Source of the DNA: Eukaryota sp. GEM-RC1
Lineage: Eukaryota
Reading direction: 5' to 3'
DNA: 64,000 nucleotides
NCBI GenBank assembly: GCA_040285855.1
Contig: JAUFOQ010000004.1
Span: 1,488,001 to 1,552,000, forward strand
Shown here: in pieces, positions 9,459 to 23,400 of the stretch
How positions within the stretch are numbered: the first letter of the stretch is position 1
Layout: each line of letters starts with the position of its first letter
Notes under the pieces: model-generated
What the model was told of the DNA's origin: nothing
Databases searched by the model: none
Seen by the model: only the letters and a program-made list of their open reading frames with translations
Position numbers and translations under genes: made by a program

Positions 9459-12400
9459 ATGCTCAATGTCCCCTTCCCAAAGACCTGGGCTCGTCCCACT
9501 ACATCTCCTTTAGACTCTAGCAATGACTTTACCTTTCAATTGACCTCAATGTCTTCTGACTCTGAATGGCCTGGTGAACCTACCTTTGTAGACAAACTAG
9601 ACTTACCAGAAGGCAGCAAATCCACCTACCTCACCTTATTCGGTCTAACACCTCAAGGAAACTCAGTTGCATGCCGAATCCATGGTTTCCGTCCTTACAT
9701 TTACATTGTTTCTCCTGATTCCTTCAACCAATCAGACATCCCCCAAGCCATCCAACAAATCAACCGCTCCATCATGAACTCCAACAAAAGCATCTACCAC
9801 CGTTGTGTCATTGACATTGAGATCGTCTCCCGTACTTCAATGTTAAACTACGACGAAGATGCTGCCTCTACCTTCCTCAAGCTCATCATTTCCACTTCCA
9901 AGGCTGTTTCTGCTGTAAGAAGAGTCTTTGAACAGGCTCAGGTAAGATCTGAGGGACCTCTACCAGTGGGAAAACAGTTTGCTACCTTTGACTCCAACAT
10001 TCCCTACTCAGTTCAACTCCGAATTCTCTTAAAGATGGCTGATTTTGAGTGGTTGAGATTGGAGAAAGGGAAGTGGGCGGTTACTAATCATAATGATAGG
10101 TGTCAGTATTCAATTGATTGTTCGTGGAGGGCAATCACTGTAATGTCGACACAGACGGAACTTCCTACTTTTGCTCCAATCAGAACTCTATCACTTGATA
10201 TTGAGGTTGCAGGTCGACCTGGAGTGTTTCCGACCCCTGATCAAGATCAAATCATTCAGATTGCGTGTGTTTGTCAGGATAGCGTCATTCCAAGTGAGTC
10301 AACATCTACAGTTAAAGTTATATTTGTTTTGAATACTTGTTTACCCATCGCTGGAGTTGCAGTTCGACAGTACGATCGAGAAGACAAATTATTGAAAGAT
10401 TTTGTTAAATTTATTAAATATTATGATCCTGATGTCGTGACGGGGTATAACTCTGAGGGATTTGATGTTCCCTATATTTTAGATCGTGGCAGAACTTTAA
10501 AAATTCCTGATTTCTTCGATATTTCAAGGTTAAGCCATGACATTCCAAACTACAAGAAAGTCACGTTCTCCTCCAATCAAGTTGGTACACGTGAGACCAA
10601 GCAAACTCACATCACTGGTAGAATCGTGATGGATGTCCTGCACTCTATTCAATCAGATCACAAGCTTCGGTCATATACTCTGAACAGTGTGGCTCTTCAT
10701 TTCCTAGGTGAACAAAAGGAAGATGTTCATCACACGGCCATTACTGGTCTTCATAATGGAACAGCAGATGATCGTAGAAGACTCGCTGTATACTGTGTTA
10801 AAGATGCGTACCTACCTCTTCGATTGATTGATCACTTAAAATTGATTGTTAATCTATCTGAAATGTGTAAAGTGACCTCAGTTGGAGTTGAGTCTTTACT
10901 TGGAAGAGGACAACAGATCAAGGTTTTGGCTCAGATCTACCTCTATGCGGGAAAGAGAGACTTTGTTGTACCTAACATTAAGAGAGAAGGTGGAGCTGAT
11001 GATACTTATGAAGGAGCTACTGTAATTGAACCTACTAAGGGATTTCATAGGAATGCGATATCAGTGTTGGATTTTTCATCACTATATCCATCAATTATGA
11101 TGGCTCATAATCTATGTTACTCAACAATTTTAAATACTTCGGAATTGAAAAAGTATTCGCCATCTGACTACACTCTAGTACCAACTGTCGATGGTTCGAC
11201 TCTCGCCTTCATCAAAAAAACACAAAAGAGTTGGAATTCTTCCTGACATTCTAGATCATCTACTTGGCGCTCGTAAAGCTGCTAAAAAAGGAATGAAAGA
11301 AACCTCAGATCCTTCTCTACAAGCTGTTTATAACGGTCGTCAATTGGCTTTAAAGATTACTGCTAATTCTGTCTATGGATTTACTGGAGCTACTATAGGA
11401 AAGATGCCGTGTCCTGAGATTGCAGCGTCTGTCACCGCTTTTGGAAGGCAGATGATTAATACAGCTCAGGAGTCGATTGAGAGTCATTATAAGGGGGCAA
11501 AGGTTATTTATGGTGATACTGATTCTGTGATGATTGATTTTGGTCTTGATTCGATTGAGGAATCAATTCAGCGTGGTCACGAAGCTGCTAAAATGGTGAC
11601 GTCGCATTTTGAGCGACCAATTTCTCTAGAATTTGAAAAAGTTTATTGTCCCTATCTTTTAATTTCTAAGAAACGTTACGCTGGACTTCTCTGGACTTCA
11701 AGTGACAAATGGTCTAAAATCGATGCTAAAGGAATTGAAACTGTTCGTCGTGATAATTGCCCCCTCGTGGCTAAAGTCGTCACCACTTGCCTAAACATGA
11801 TTTTGATTGACAAGAATCCGGAAGGTGCAATGAAATACGCTCAAACAATCATTTCTGAGCTTCTCCAAAACAAAATGGATCTATCTCTCCTCGTCATTAG
11901 CAAACAACTAACAAAAGATGAAGAAAACTACTCCAATGTCCAACCTCACACAGAATGTGCTAAGAAGATGGCTAAGAGAGATCCTGGATCAGCTCCTACC
12001 ATTGGATCACGTGTGGCTTACGTCATCGTTCAAGGAGCCAAAAATTCTAAAATTTATGAAAGAGCTGAAGATCCTATATTTGTACTGGAGAACAACTTAC
12101 CTTTAGATACTGACTATTACCTTACTAATCAATTATCCAAACCTCTTGTTCGTATATTTGAACCAATCAATCCCAAAGCTGAATCAGAGTTACTTCACGG
12201 TGCTCATACTAGGAAGATTACTAGAACATTTGGTGGTTCTGCTGGTCTAATGAAGTTCACAAAGCCTGTACCTACGTGTATGGGATGTAGAGCTAGGCTA
12301 ACAAGAGAAGATATCGAGAAGAACTCCGCAGTTTGTGTTCATTGTTTAGATCGGAAGGAAGAGCTGGTAGTGGAAGTATTGGATAATTATAGGAAGGCTG

Positions 12401-12573
12401 AGCATTCTTTTTCTAGGATTTGGACGGAGTGTCAGCGGTGTGCTGGTAATATGCATCAACGTGTTTTGTGCGAGTCAAGAGATTGTCCGATATTTTATTT
12501 AAGGAAAAAAGTGCAAAAAGATTTCGATAATGCAAAGAATAATTTGAAAAAGTTTGAGGAATTAGAATGGTGA
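9459..12573 (+). CDS. POLD1: DNA polymerase delta catalytic subunit (one frameshift in the A run at ~11214-11220)
   Basis: ExoI SLDIEV, ExoII GYNSEGFD, ExoIII YCVKD; polymerase motifs LDFSSLYPSIM, KITANSVYGF and YGDTDS; KKRYAG; C-terminal CysA/CysB (WTECQRC..CESRDCPIFY). Confidence 0.96.
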
Positions 12574-12619
12574 TATGTTTTAAATAGTTAGTTTTTTTTT
12601 AATTTAAATGTAGAAGTTC

Positions 12620-13117
12620 TCATGGGTTTTCAGCAATATATTGTAAAACTGAATTAATAGCAATATCAATATCTTCCAGAACTTCACATTTAAACTTCAT
12701 TACCTTGTCTGGGAACGTTTCATAAGCTTCATCCAATACCACCTCCATAATCTCAGCTTCAATGTTGTCTGATATCTTCCTTTCCGAATACCCTCTCTTT
12801 TCCAGGCGAGGGTATAATACATCGTTGATACATGTAAGAACTACAACAATGTCAAACCAGTCCTCGGGAAAGACTGAAGGAGAGTGGAACTCAACTACAT
12901 AGCCTGTTTCTTCAATTACACCTGACAATGTGTTTATTAGAGCGTCTTCATCGAGAATGTATGTTTGAAGTTCTTCGTCCCAGCCTTCGTGTAAACCTTG
13001 ATCTTTCACTAAGTCACCAATGTTAAGGTATGTAAGATTTGTTTTTTCAGCAAGAAGAGATGCAACAGTTGATTTACCGACACCAGGACATCCAGTTATA
13101 AGAATGTTAAGTCCCAT
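12620..13117 (-). CDS. AK6: Adenylate kinase 6 / Fap7 / hCINAP homolog
   Basis: NILITGCPGVGKST, VEFHSPSVFPEDWFDIVVVL, LYPRLEKRGYSERKISDNIEAEI. Confidence 0.92.
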   Translation of the reverse strand: MGLNILITGCPGVGKSTVASLLAEKTNLTYLNIGDLVKDQGLHEGWDEELQTYILDEDALINTLSGVIEETGYVVEFHSPSVFPEDWFDIVVVLTCINDVLYPRLEKRGYSERKISDNIEAEIMEVVLDEAYETFPDKVMKFKCEVLEDIDIAINSVLQYIAENP

Positions 13118-13194
13118 GTTAGTTAAAGTTTGGGGTTTGGGAGTGAAAGGAAATCAACTTTTTCGTTTCAACAACTTCTGATTCAGTCCTTCCA

Positions 13195-13983
13195 ATGTTT
13201 GTCGTTCATGGGGTTGGATTTGTTATAGCTGGAGTACTTTTGCTCATAATTGTTTATATTCTTTATCGTCTTTATCACTCAGATCTTCTTAATCCTAAAT
13301 CTGAGATTCTACAACAACAACTTGAAGAACTTGATATGCAACATGAACAACACGAGGCAGACTTCCTGCTGCGACGTATGATCTCAACTGTTTTGTTTTA
13401 CTGAACCCAGACCGCGTTGGAAAGAAAAAAGCAACAAAAGCTTGAAATGAAACATGAACGAAGGAAACAACTTTTGATTCAACAGAGTGAGCGTGATTAT
13501 CATCGACAATGCCGTGAAGAAGAAGAACTTCGTGAAAGAATACAACGAGAAAAAGAACTGGAGAAGGAGCGTAAAATCGAACAACAACAAGCTAGAATAG
13601 CTGCTGAGAAGGAACGTCAGCTAGACTCTATTTATAGACAATGGAGTAGTCATATATCAGTGGTGGCTGAAGGAGAGTATAATCCCCTGATTGATGGAAA
13701 AGACGAGGAGTTGCAGATGTCGATTTATGATCATATCAAGCAATTTAAGCGGTCATTGGTTTCTGATTTGGCTATTCGTTTTAAGTTATCAGAAAAGGAT
13801 GTTAAGCAAAGATTAGAACGGCTGGTGGCTGAGAAACATATTGTAGCATATTTGGAAAATGACATGTTTGTTTATCTTGATGATCAGGAAGTTTCGTCTA
13901 TAACGTCAGGAATTGAAGAGAAGAAAAAATTTAGCACTGAAGAGTTTCGTTCAATGTGTGATGATGTGATAAAGTCTACGTAA
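13195..13983 (+). CDS. DDRGK1: DDRGK1/UFBP1-like protein (N-terminal TM, coiled coil, C-terminal winged helix), with probable 35-nt intron
   Basis: N-terminal hydrophobic anchor, E/R/K-rich coil, YRQWSSHISVVAEG, HIKQFKRSLVSDLAIRFKL..RLERL; the DDRGK motif itself is degenerate (LENDMFVY). Confidence 0.75.
13376..13410 (+). other. Putative short spliceosomal intron
   Basis: GTATGA...TACTGAACCCAG removes an in-frame TGA. With one A-run correction at ~13425 it restores RVGKKKQQKLEMK, matching the DDRGK1 (K/R)IGxKKxxKLExK motif. Confidence 0.6.
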
Positions 13984-14339
13984 CCTTGTTTGATAAAAGC
14001 AAGAACAATAATGTTATTGATCAAGGGATATGAAACCTGCTACTGATATTACACACTTTTTACAACAATTAGTTGCAGTCAGAATCATTATGCTCATTTT
14101 TGGTGACGGCCAAACAATATTTTGTCTGATTCAGACTAATTTGAATCAAACTAAGTTGTGCGAATACAAATTAGTCTGAGTGAGAGTAATCGTGAATGTT
14201 CTTAATTAGTCTTCAGATTTGTCCGACAAACAAATACAAAATCGTATACTTTATAATTGTATATAATCTTCTGAAGAATAAAGACGTCCGCAAAAACTTG
14301 AATTTCCTGAATTAGTCCCTTACTTTTGGTTAATGTATG

Positions 14340-16300
14340 GTCAAAACTCTGATCTAATCTATAATTCTGATAATTTGGTTTCTTAGTGTGGGGTCAAACA
14401 AGGCGATCCCTTTGGCCCTTTTTGATTTTGTGTGGCTTTGCAGTCAAATTTTCGTCAGTTTCAAATGAAGTTTCCTTTTGCGAAGTTGTGTACTAATGCT
14501 GATGATGTTCCATTAGTTGGATCTAATGCTGTTTTATTATCAGCTTTTCCAGTTTTTATAGAGCTTTCTAATGAGATTGGTCTTCAGTTTAATTATAAAA
14601 AATGTTCTTTTTTTGGTTCATCGCCATTAAGAACATTTTTGAAGGACATTCTAGTCCATATTCCAATTATAGTGTCGATGCAATTAAGTTCACTTACATT
14701 GGGAATGACAATCAAATTCGTTTGAAATTGGATAAGTCATTCGAAAAAATTTCTGTATAGCTCAAAATTGGTAAGTATATTTCTTTTTCTCTTTTGAAGA
14801 CGTGCTTTGCGGCTAAAATCAACCACTTTTACGTTCAATCCATCCTGAACTTACAATTGATTCAGCCAGAAAATTCAATTCTTTGAGAACTAAGATCTTA
14901 ATGTTGAAGACAAGAAAGTTTATCCATGCATGGATTGTTTTGAACAGTTTAACTCCTAAAGACACAATGCTTTTGTTTTTCCACATTTTGGAATTTCTAT
15001 ATATGGACATTAGGTACTGCAGCCAATTACTTCTTATGTTCGTTTACAGATTTGTGTAATGATTTAATGAAAAAAGTTCAACAGTGGTTTTTGGAGAAAT
15101 CGTTTAGTATTTGATTTATTTGGTTCTATGAACAATTACTTTGACGATATCCTGAACAGTTTGTTTGTAGGTAAAGAAGGTTGTGTGATGGAGTAGGTTT
15201 ATCTGTCTATTTGATTTTATTTTGTGTAAGTTTATTGAATAAGGCACTTTTTTTAGATCTTCAGTGATTTTGTAGAGGTTAATGATTCGACATTGCCTGA
15301 ACACGCTTTTGCATCGGCTAATTTCGGTAGTGTGGGTTTTCAAGAGCTGCATACTTAACTAAAAGTGCGTTTATTGGCGGAATGAAGCATTTTCTATTTG
15401 AATTTAAATTCAGATACTATTTTTTGTTCAATAAAAATCTCATTCATTCTACTCCTAAGATTGTTAGTCTCAGTTATTGACAATTTGGATCTTGATATTT
15501 CCCATTCTTGATGCCTTCTTAAATGATATTAAGAATTCAACTGTGTTTGATCACTCGACAACCACTTTCTTGTGATTTGCAGTTGTCTGATGAGTCTAGG
15601 AAATTAAATATGCGATTACGTTTAGGTTTGTATTTATGTCACTGTTTTTATTCCATAAACATGATGGAGAAAAAAAGTTTAGGTTTGTTTCCTTCTGAAT
15701 TGCTCAATAATTCTGAATGTGTTTATGTTTATCGTCGCAATGCAACTTTTAGACATGTAATTAATTGCTCCAAATGTATTCAATTTCGTCCTGTTCTTCA
15801 TAATGCTGTCAGAGATGTTACATTTGAAATGTTTGAAGCTCATGGATTTCATACCAAAGTTGAATCATTGCTTAGTAAGTTGGGCCTTGATTTAATTAAT
15901 AATTCTCGTCGAGGTGACTAACATGGTCCTTTTATTGATTGTATTCAAATTATCCTTGATGTTACAACAGTAGATCCATGTGCTCAAACTTATGTTAACG
16001 GCATAACTTCAAAAGCTTTCAACGACCTAGCAACAACCGAAAAACGTGAGATTGATGTGTATTTCCAAGGATGTTGCTAAACTCAATCAAAGTTTGTAAG
16101 TGTTCCACTTGCTATTTCTATTTGGGCAGCACTTCTGAAATGGTTTCTCAGTTTTCAACTGATTTTGGATCTAACTGTTAATCTTAGAATCAGAGATTAA
16201 ACTTTTCAATTTGGCTTAACGGTTTAATTTTTTCTTTGTTCCATTCGATGCCTAAGTATTATAAATCAATTATCACAAAGTTGCATAAGAACTGTGGTAC
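14340..16300 (+). mobile_element. Degenerate non-LTR retrotransposon (RT + restriction-like endonuclease type)
   Basis: GVKQGDPFGP and (Y)ADD-like NADD RT motifs at ~14390-14510; MRLRLGL..C..HVINC zinc motif, HNAVRD, RRGD..ILDVTTVDP RLE motifs at 15600-15980; many in-frame stops. Confidence 0.82.
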
Positions 16301-17474
16301 AGTCAACCATGAATTTTCTGTGTCCAGTGCCATTGCTTTCATTATGTTATTTATTTTTGTGCGCTTCATTGATAAACGTTTTTTATTTGTAAATGTATTT
16401 TAATCAAAAACCTAAAATTTCAAACTGTCGAGGATGCACCATTCCAAAGAAATTTCGTCAGCAGTCACCTCAAATTCATTGATTGCCAGAATGAAACTGG
16501 GCTTTTCAGTGATACCTAAGTCAGGATTAGGATTTTGACTATTGGCGTCTAGGTCGGAACTAGGGCTTTGGTTTGTACTATCACTAGATGTAGTAGTGTG
16601 AAGTGCTCGATTGGGCAATTGCAAGCTGTGGTAATGTTATGTTTACAAAAGCTACAGTATGTATCGTTGGTATTGCAGTACATGTAAAGAGCAGAAGTGA
16701 TTTAATTATGCAAATAGGACTATGAACATGACTCAATGTAGTACAAAAGTACAAATCACATACCAATTGTATTAGTATTACCACACCAATAGTATAGTAC
16801 TCACCAAGCTTAAACCCACAATCCATTGATGAGTCACGAGTCCTGACACTAACAAAGTTAAGAATATGTTCTTGTAGAAGGGAGTGTAAGTGAATGAAGA
16901 GACTGAGATGAACAAACGAATCATAAAATAACTTTTTCGAAACAGAAACGTGTTTCCACGCAGCAACTATGTTTCATATTGAGCACTACACTACTGGAAA
17001 CATTTAGTCTCACAGAGAACAATTTTGTCTTATTCTTTTTGAAAAGTAATCTTGTGAGACTATATTTGTCCTGGAATTTCAAACTGCATCATATATTTTT
17101 GAAGTAAACATTACTTTTGTAAGTCTATCATGAATAATATTGACTGTAAGTTTAAATTCTATAAAACGAGATCAAATCCATGTTCAATTAGTAGAACATC
17201 AAGAAAAAACTATGTTATGATAGATTGGGGATCTCTAATTGATTGGAGCCTAGATGATGACGATCATTTATATGCTCGTGAGTAAATCTAAAGTATTGAA
17301 GTCTATCTTAACACTTCCACAATTGGGAAAAATTAGTCTTAGTACAGAATTAGTTACCCTGGAGTTTGGTGAGACTAGTATTGGGTTGGCTAAATATAAT
17401 TAGGAGTACAGAATTAGTCACAGTGAATTTCATACAGTTCAAATTTTTTCAGTGCAACTTGATTTTGATTTCTG

Positions 17475-20400
17475 ATGCTACTTTTCCCTATTCAATTCAT
17501 GATCATGATCATCGGACTTCTTCTACTGTGTGGTTGTGTTCTCGGCTCGGTCTTTAAATGGGATGTCCCAAATTCTGGACTTTGGTCTGAAGGAAGCAAT
17601 TGGGATCAGGGTGATACTCCTTCAATATCTTCTTCCGTTGTTATTCCCCCGTTTTCTACTACGATTACACTCACTGTTGACGTTTGTGTTACTGTATATT
17701 CTCTGAACCTGTCTGCCAATGCAGTTCTCTTCTTCAAAGACAACTCAACTCTGACTATAACTGATACTCTTCTCCTCAATGGAGGTACTTTTCACACTGA
17801 TCTGTCTTCTTCAACGTCCTTTACATCAGTAAACTCTCTTGTTTTGGACGCTGACCTTGTCTCTCTCTTTTCTCACAAGCTTATCGTCACTGGCCTCTTT
17901 GACTGGAAACGTGGTTCTATTGATCTGGATGGGTTCAGTGAGCTTGTTCTAGAGAATGTTACTTTTGTTTCTCTTAATGGTGATCAGTCTCCCTTGAATT
18001 TTGATGTTCTTCATGTTTGGGGAAGGAATGATTATGGTCAACTTGGAGGAGGACTATCAGAAAAACAAGAATTTCCTGAGTCAATCACTTTTCCTGGTGC
18101 TATCAGACAAGTTTTCTCTTGGGCGTCACCATTCCCTAGTTCTGTTGACAAATGGTGACGTCTACACTGCTGGACGAAACGAATGGGGACAACTAGGCTA
18201 CGCTGATGTTGACCGGAATATTCATGAGAAAATTGAAATTTCAAATGTTATCCAAATTGTTGCTTCTTATTACTCAAGTTACGCCTTGAATATTTCTGGT
18301 TCTGTGTACTCTTGGGGACGCAACAATCACGGTCAATTAGGTTTAGGAGATTCAATTGACAGATATACTCCTATTTCAATTCCAGATTTAAGTAATGTTA
18401 AACAAATTGCTGGTCGATATCAAACAACCTTTGCTTTAACTAGAGATGGTAAAGTGTATGGATGGGGATGGGGTGATTATAATGTTCTGTGTAAAGAAAG
18501 TACTGATAATGTTCTATCACCAATGTTAATTGAGTCCTTGCAAAATATTAAATTTATTTCTGCTAGCTTGACAGCATATTTCATTACTAATGATGGTTCT
18601 ACTCTTACTTGTGGTAGAGAACCGGCTGAGTCCGTAACTTACTCTACTCCAACTCCATTTGCTGAGGATATTGAGTTCACTTTTATTGAAATTAAAGGTA
18701 GTCATGCTCTAGGTATTGATGTTAACCAAACACTTTGGAGTTGGGGTTGGAATCATGTTGGTCAGTTAGGAACAGGTGACACCTCTGATTCTAGTAATCC
18801 ATTGGAAGTAGTCAACATTGGAAAAGTGATTACTGCATCTGGAGGATACTATAGTTCCATGGCCGTTGACGTAAACAATGACGTGTGGTTTTGGGGTGAC
18901 TATGATCGTGGCCATCCGGCTAGTACTAGTCCCCCAAATGATCAAAAATGGATACCAGAACGTATTAGCGAACTTACTGGTAAATGTATTACTGATTTTA
19001 TTTTACATGATGGTTCCAATTTTGCCTATATTTCTGTTCCTTTTTCAATCGACTTAATCACGTCATCTTCAAACCAAGGACTACTTACGGTGAATCATTA
19101 CAATGTAAATACAGCAAATTTATATGATGATGGTCTTCAACAATTAATTTTCATATATGTACCAGTTTTTCTTTCTGGGTCATTGAATTTGACCAGTGAT
19201 TCTCTCTTTTTCTTATCTGAATTCAATTTAAACGGTATTTTAGCTATCAATTCTCCAATGGAAACTTTTTTTGATTCTTTTATACTAGGAGCTTCTGAAT
19301 GTTCAACTCTTTCTTTAGAATCCAATGTTTTTGTTGAAACTTTATACTGGCATTGTGGAACAATTGAAGGTGTTGGAGAATTGAAAGTAAACACGTTGGT
19401 TCTTTGTTCTTCTAATCCTGAACCGGAGTTTTTCAGTAAAATTTCTATTGGTAAAATGATGACTTCTGAATTAAATGTTGAATTAAATCTTACTACTGAT
19501 GTAGTTCTTTCCATCAATGGAGTAATTGAAATACCACAGTTGTCTTTCCACTCCGCTTTCGGGGTTAGTGTTACTTTTGATGGATATTTTAAATTGGTCA
19601 ACACCTCCTTGAGTCTTCGTATTGATTCTAATTTGAGTTCAAATATTGCGATCGATCAATATTCCAAAATTGAAATTCTTTCATCCTCCTCTACCCTAAG
19701 TTCTAACCTTCAATTGTTTCTTTATTACGATTGGTCAAATAGTCCTTCTGGAAATGATCTTTCTGGTAATAATAATAATGTACCAGAATTTTCTGGTACT
19801 GAATGGAATCCTGATGGTTATTACCAATTTGAAAGTAATTCGGACACTCTCAATATTCCAAATATTCCAGGGAAATTTGGATGGCAATCAGCTACAATTT
19901 CATTGTTGATTTGGTTTGACTCCGACCGTGGAAATAGATTTGGTCTTGGTACATGTGGATGTGGAATATCACTCGGTGACTACTTTTATTATGGTTGTTC
20001 TGGATCATCAATTAATGTTCCGAGAAACCAATGGATTAACTTAGTTATGACTACTTTTAATAATCAAGCAATGTTTTATATCAATGGACAATTAGTTAGA
20101 ACAATCAATTCTCAGTACATTTGTGAAACTCAGTCAGACTTCTTTCCATTAGGAAATCGTTTCTTTCATTCTTCCTCAAATGGACAATGGGAACGCGGCA
20201 CTCATTCTAATGATGCCTTTAAAGGTAGAATTAAAAAGTGTATATCCTTACTCGAGGTCTTACTGAATCAGAAATCACCTCAGAGTTTGTCATTCCTCCT
20301 TCAATTACTGGACTTGGTTCTATTGAATTAAAGAACTCTGAACTTACTTTGTTAGAGTACACTTCAATCAGTTTCTCTAAGTTAATAATTGACTCTTCAG

Positions 20401-23400
20401 TTATGTACTTGCACAAACACGTATTTCTACAAAAACAGGGTATTTATGCCTTCAACGAATCCGAGATCATTATCAAAGATGTAGCTTCCACTTACTTTGA
20501 CCATTCTCATATCAACTTAACCAACTCCACTATCATTCACTCTGCTAATGAATTAAACTTGTACAATCTTACACTTACTAACACTGTCTTTAAGGTACCT
20601 TCAGTTACTGAGAAGTTGTCAATTCATGCTTTGTTTCTTGACTCTGACTCTCAGATTGATAGTTCAATTGTTTTAATTCTGAATCAACTTCATTGGATTC
20701 ATGGAGAGATGAGCTATTTGGATGTTCTAGAATTTAAAGGTTTGTTTCTTTATGGGGAGTCTAAATCTTGGCCTGAAAACTCTTTAACTATTCAAAATGA
20801 ATTGTACTTCAATAATTCTCTTGATTTTTCAATTTCTCATCTCAATTTAATTACTGTTTTTGTCACTTGTTTTCCTGGTTCAGAACTGCTTCTTGATACA
20901 CATTCTTTTAATGAAAGTTTACTTGAGGTTGAGAACGAGCTTCATTTAACTTCCAATTGTTCTCTTATTTCACTACTACCAGTCAAAAGTACCGGGTTTG
21001 TGTTTGTTGCAGGTGATTCATTATTGACACTTTTTAAAGATTTAGATACAACTGGTATGATTTTTATTGGTTGTTATGGTGAGTTAGAACTGATGAATAG
21101 TACTATTACTTTTGAAGGGTCTGGTCCTTACTTACATCCAGACCTATTTTTGTATTATAACTGGGTCAATTCATCCAATCCAATTGATCTATCAGGAAAT
21201 CATGATCCCAATGCAATCACAATTGATGGACCAGAGTGGAAAACTGACACTACGGGTGGTTATTTAGATATCGCTCCTGGCGACACTCTTCATATTCCAA
21301 ATATTCCCGGAGAATTTGGGTGGAAAGATGCTTCAATTTCTATGTGGGTGTACTGGGAAGAAGGAGGAATGGGTTTTGAATTTGGTTCGTCTTGTAGGCT
21401 TGAAATACGAGAATACGAGATTTTTTGGGGTACTATTCGCCAGTTACGTATTATATTTCCATCACAAAATGGTTCCACCTCGGCATTACTTTTCAACGAT
21501 CAGAAGTACGTATATATGCCGATGGAACTCCTATTGGCTCAATTATTGTTGAACAGCCTTCTTTCTGTTATGACTCGTCCATTCCTTTTAGTCTCTCTGG
21601 GCAAGGTGATCATTTATTCAAAGGAAGAGTTCGTGCAGTTCAGATCTTTACGAAGACTTTAACAATGTCCGAGATCAGTCTACTATCATTTGATCTTCAT
21701 GCTCGTATCTGGGGTCAAGGAAAACTGTCTCTAGTTGATTCTGAAATGAGGATCTCTCCTTCTATCTTTGGAATTGAACTGATTTCTCTAGTTTCATCAA
21801 TTGTTTATTTAGATCGATCTCCACCAAATAAGTTGAACTCAGTCGAAGTCTACTTCAGTGAGCTTTATTATGATGGAGCTGAAGCTGAACTTATTATAGA
21901 TTCTCTTTATCTAAGAAATACTTCTTCTATAGTCACCAATGCATCGCTTATTGTAAATAATTTCTATTGGTTTGTTGGTAAGTTGTTTTCTCCCAGTATT
22001 CAGTATTTAAATCGTCTTTTTCTATACGGAGAGTCTAAAATTTGGCCTCAGAACTCTCTTGTAATTAAACAAGAATTGTATTTCAATAATTCGCTTACTT
22101 TTTCAATTCATCATCTTAATTTAATTATTGTTTATGTTACTTGTAATCCTGGATCAGCACTTTTCCTCGATTCGCTGTCTTTTGAAAACTTTTCACTTGA
22201 AGTCAAAAACCAGCTCCATTTATCATCTAACTGTCGTCTTAATTCTTTTCTACCAATTGACAGTACTGGTTTTATTGCTGTCGGACGGGAATCAGTGATG
22301 ATTTTAAACAAGGAATTGAAAAGTTTTCATATCATAGTTGTTGCCTACAAAGGCCAAATTGTCTTGTACAACAGTGATCTTACTCTTAGTAATGCTCGCT
22401 CTTACAGTGACAATGATCTCTTTTTGTACTGCAATTGGCGACTGTCACGAAATCAAATTGACCTATCAGGAAATCATGATTCCAATGAAATGATAATTGA
22501 TGGACCAGAGTGGAAAACTGACGATATCGGTGGATATTTAGATTTAAAACCTGGCGATACTCTCTTCGTTCCAAATATTCCTGGAACTCAAGGTTGGAGA
22601 GATTCATCCATTTCTTTATGGGTGTACTTACAAGAAGGAGGAATGGGGTTTGGTTGGGGTACGTGGCATTGTATGTTTTGGATAGAACCTACTCGTCTTG
22701 TTTGGGCTCTTGGTGCCACAGACATGCCTTTTCCTGTTCGTAAATGGATTCATTTGGTTGTAACAACTACTCAGTTAGAAGCACGTGCTTATGTTAATGG
22801 TGATTACTTGGGTACACACACTCCCAGGGAGCCTTACTTTTGTTCTAATGGCCCACCTTCTTATTTCCATTTGTCTCAAGTCCATGAGCGAAATAGATTG
22901 CCGTTTCGAGGTAAAATTCGTGCGGTTAAGGTATTTAGAAGAACTTTAACCCCATCTGAAATTCGTGATTTAAATTTTAATTTATCAACTGCTAATAGTA
23001 TACATGGCAAGGGTGAACTTTCTCTTGTAAATTCTGAGGTACAACTTTCATCCTCGAAGGTTGACATCAGATCTATTGCTCTAATTTCATCAACTCTTCA
23101 TTCAAGTGACGTTATCTTGGACAATTTAAAAAATCTAGAACTCTCCAATTCATCAGTAATTTTAACTCATGACTCAAAAATTCTTTCTGATTACATAACT
23201 ATCACCTTAAATGCAAGTGAGCTTTGCTATGATAATTCAGTAGACATTTCAGCATCAAGTGTTAGTTTGATCTCTATCAACAGTCGTTTTCAGAATGATT
23301 TCGACTTCACAAATTTTCCTCGTTTAGATTTATCCTCTTCAATTTTTGAGTCAGCTTCTGATACTGAAATATCTGTTAGCTCCTTTTCTTGTTTTGATTG

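Noticed and set aside
9459..12573. Viral or Polinton polymerase belonging to the Fanzor element
   Set aside because: It has the Pol delta CysA/CysB C-terminus and housekeeping neighbours, and no capsid, ATPase or integrase genes are present.
14131..14179. 13-bp inverted repeat as a MITE or terminator
   Set aside because: No TSD or partner terminus identified; function cannot be supported.
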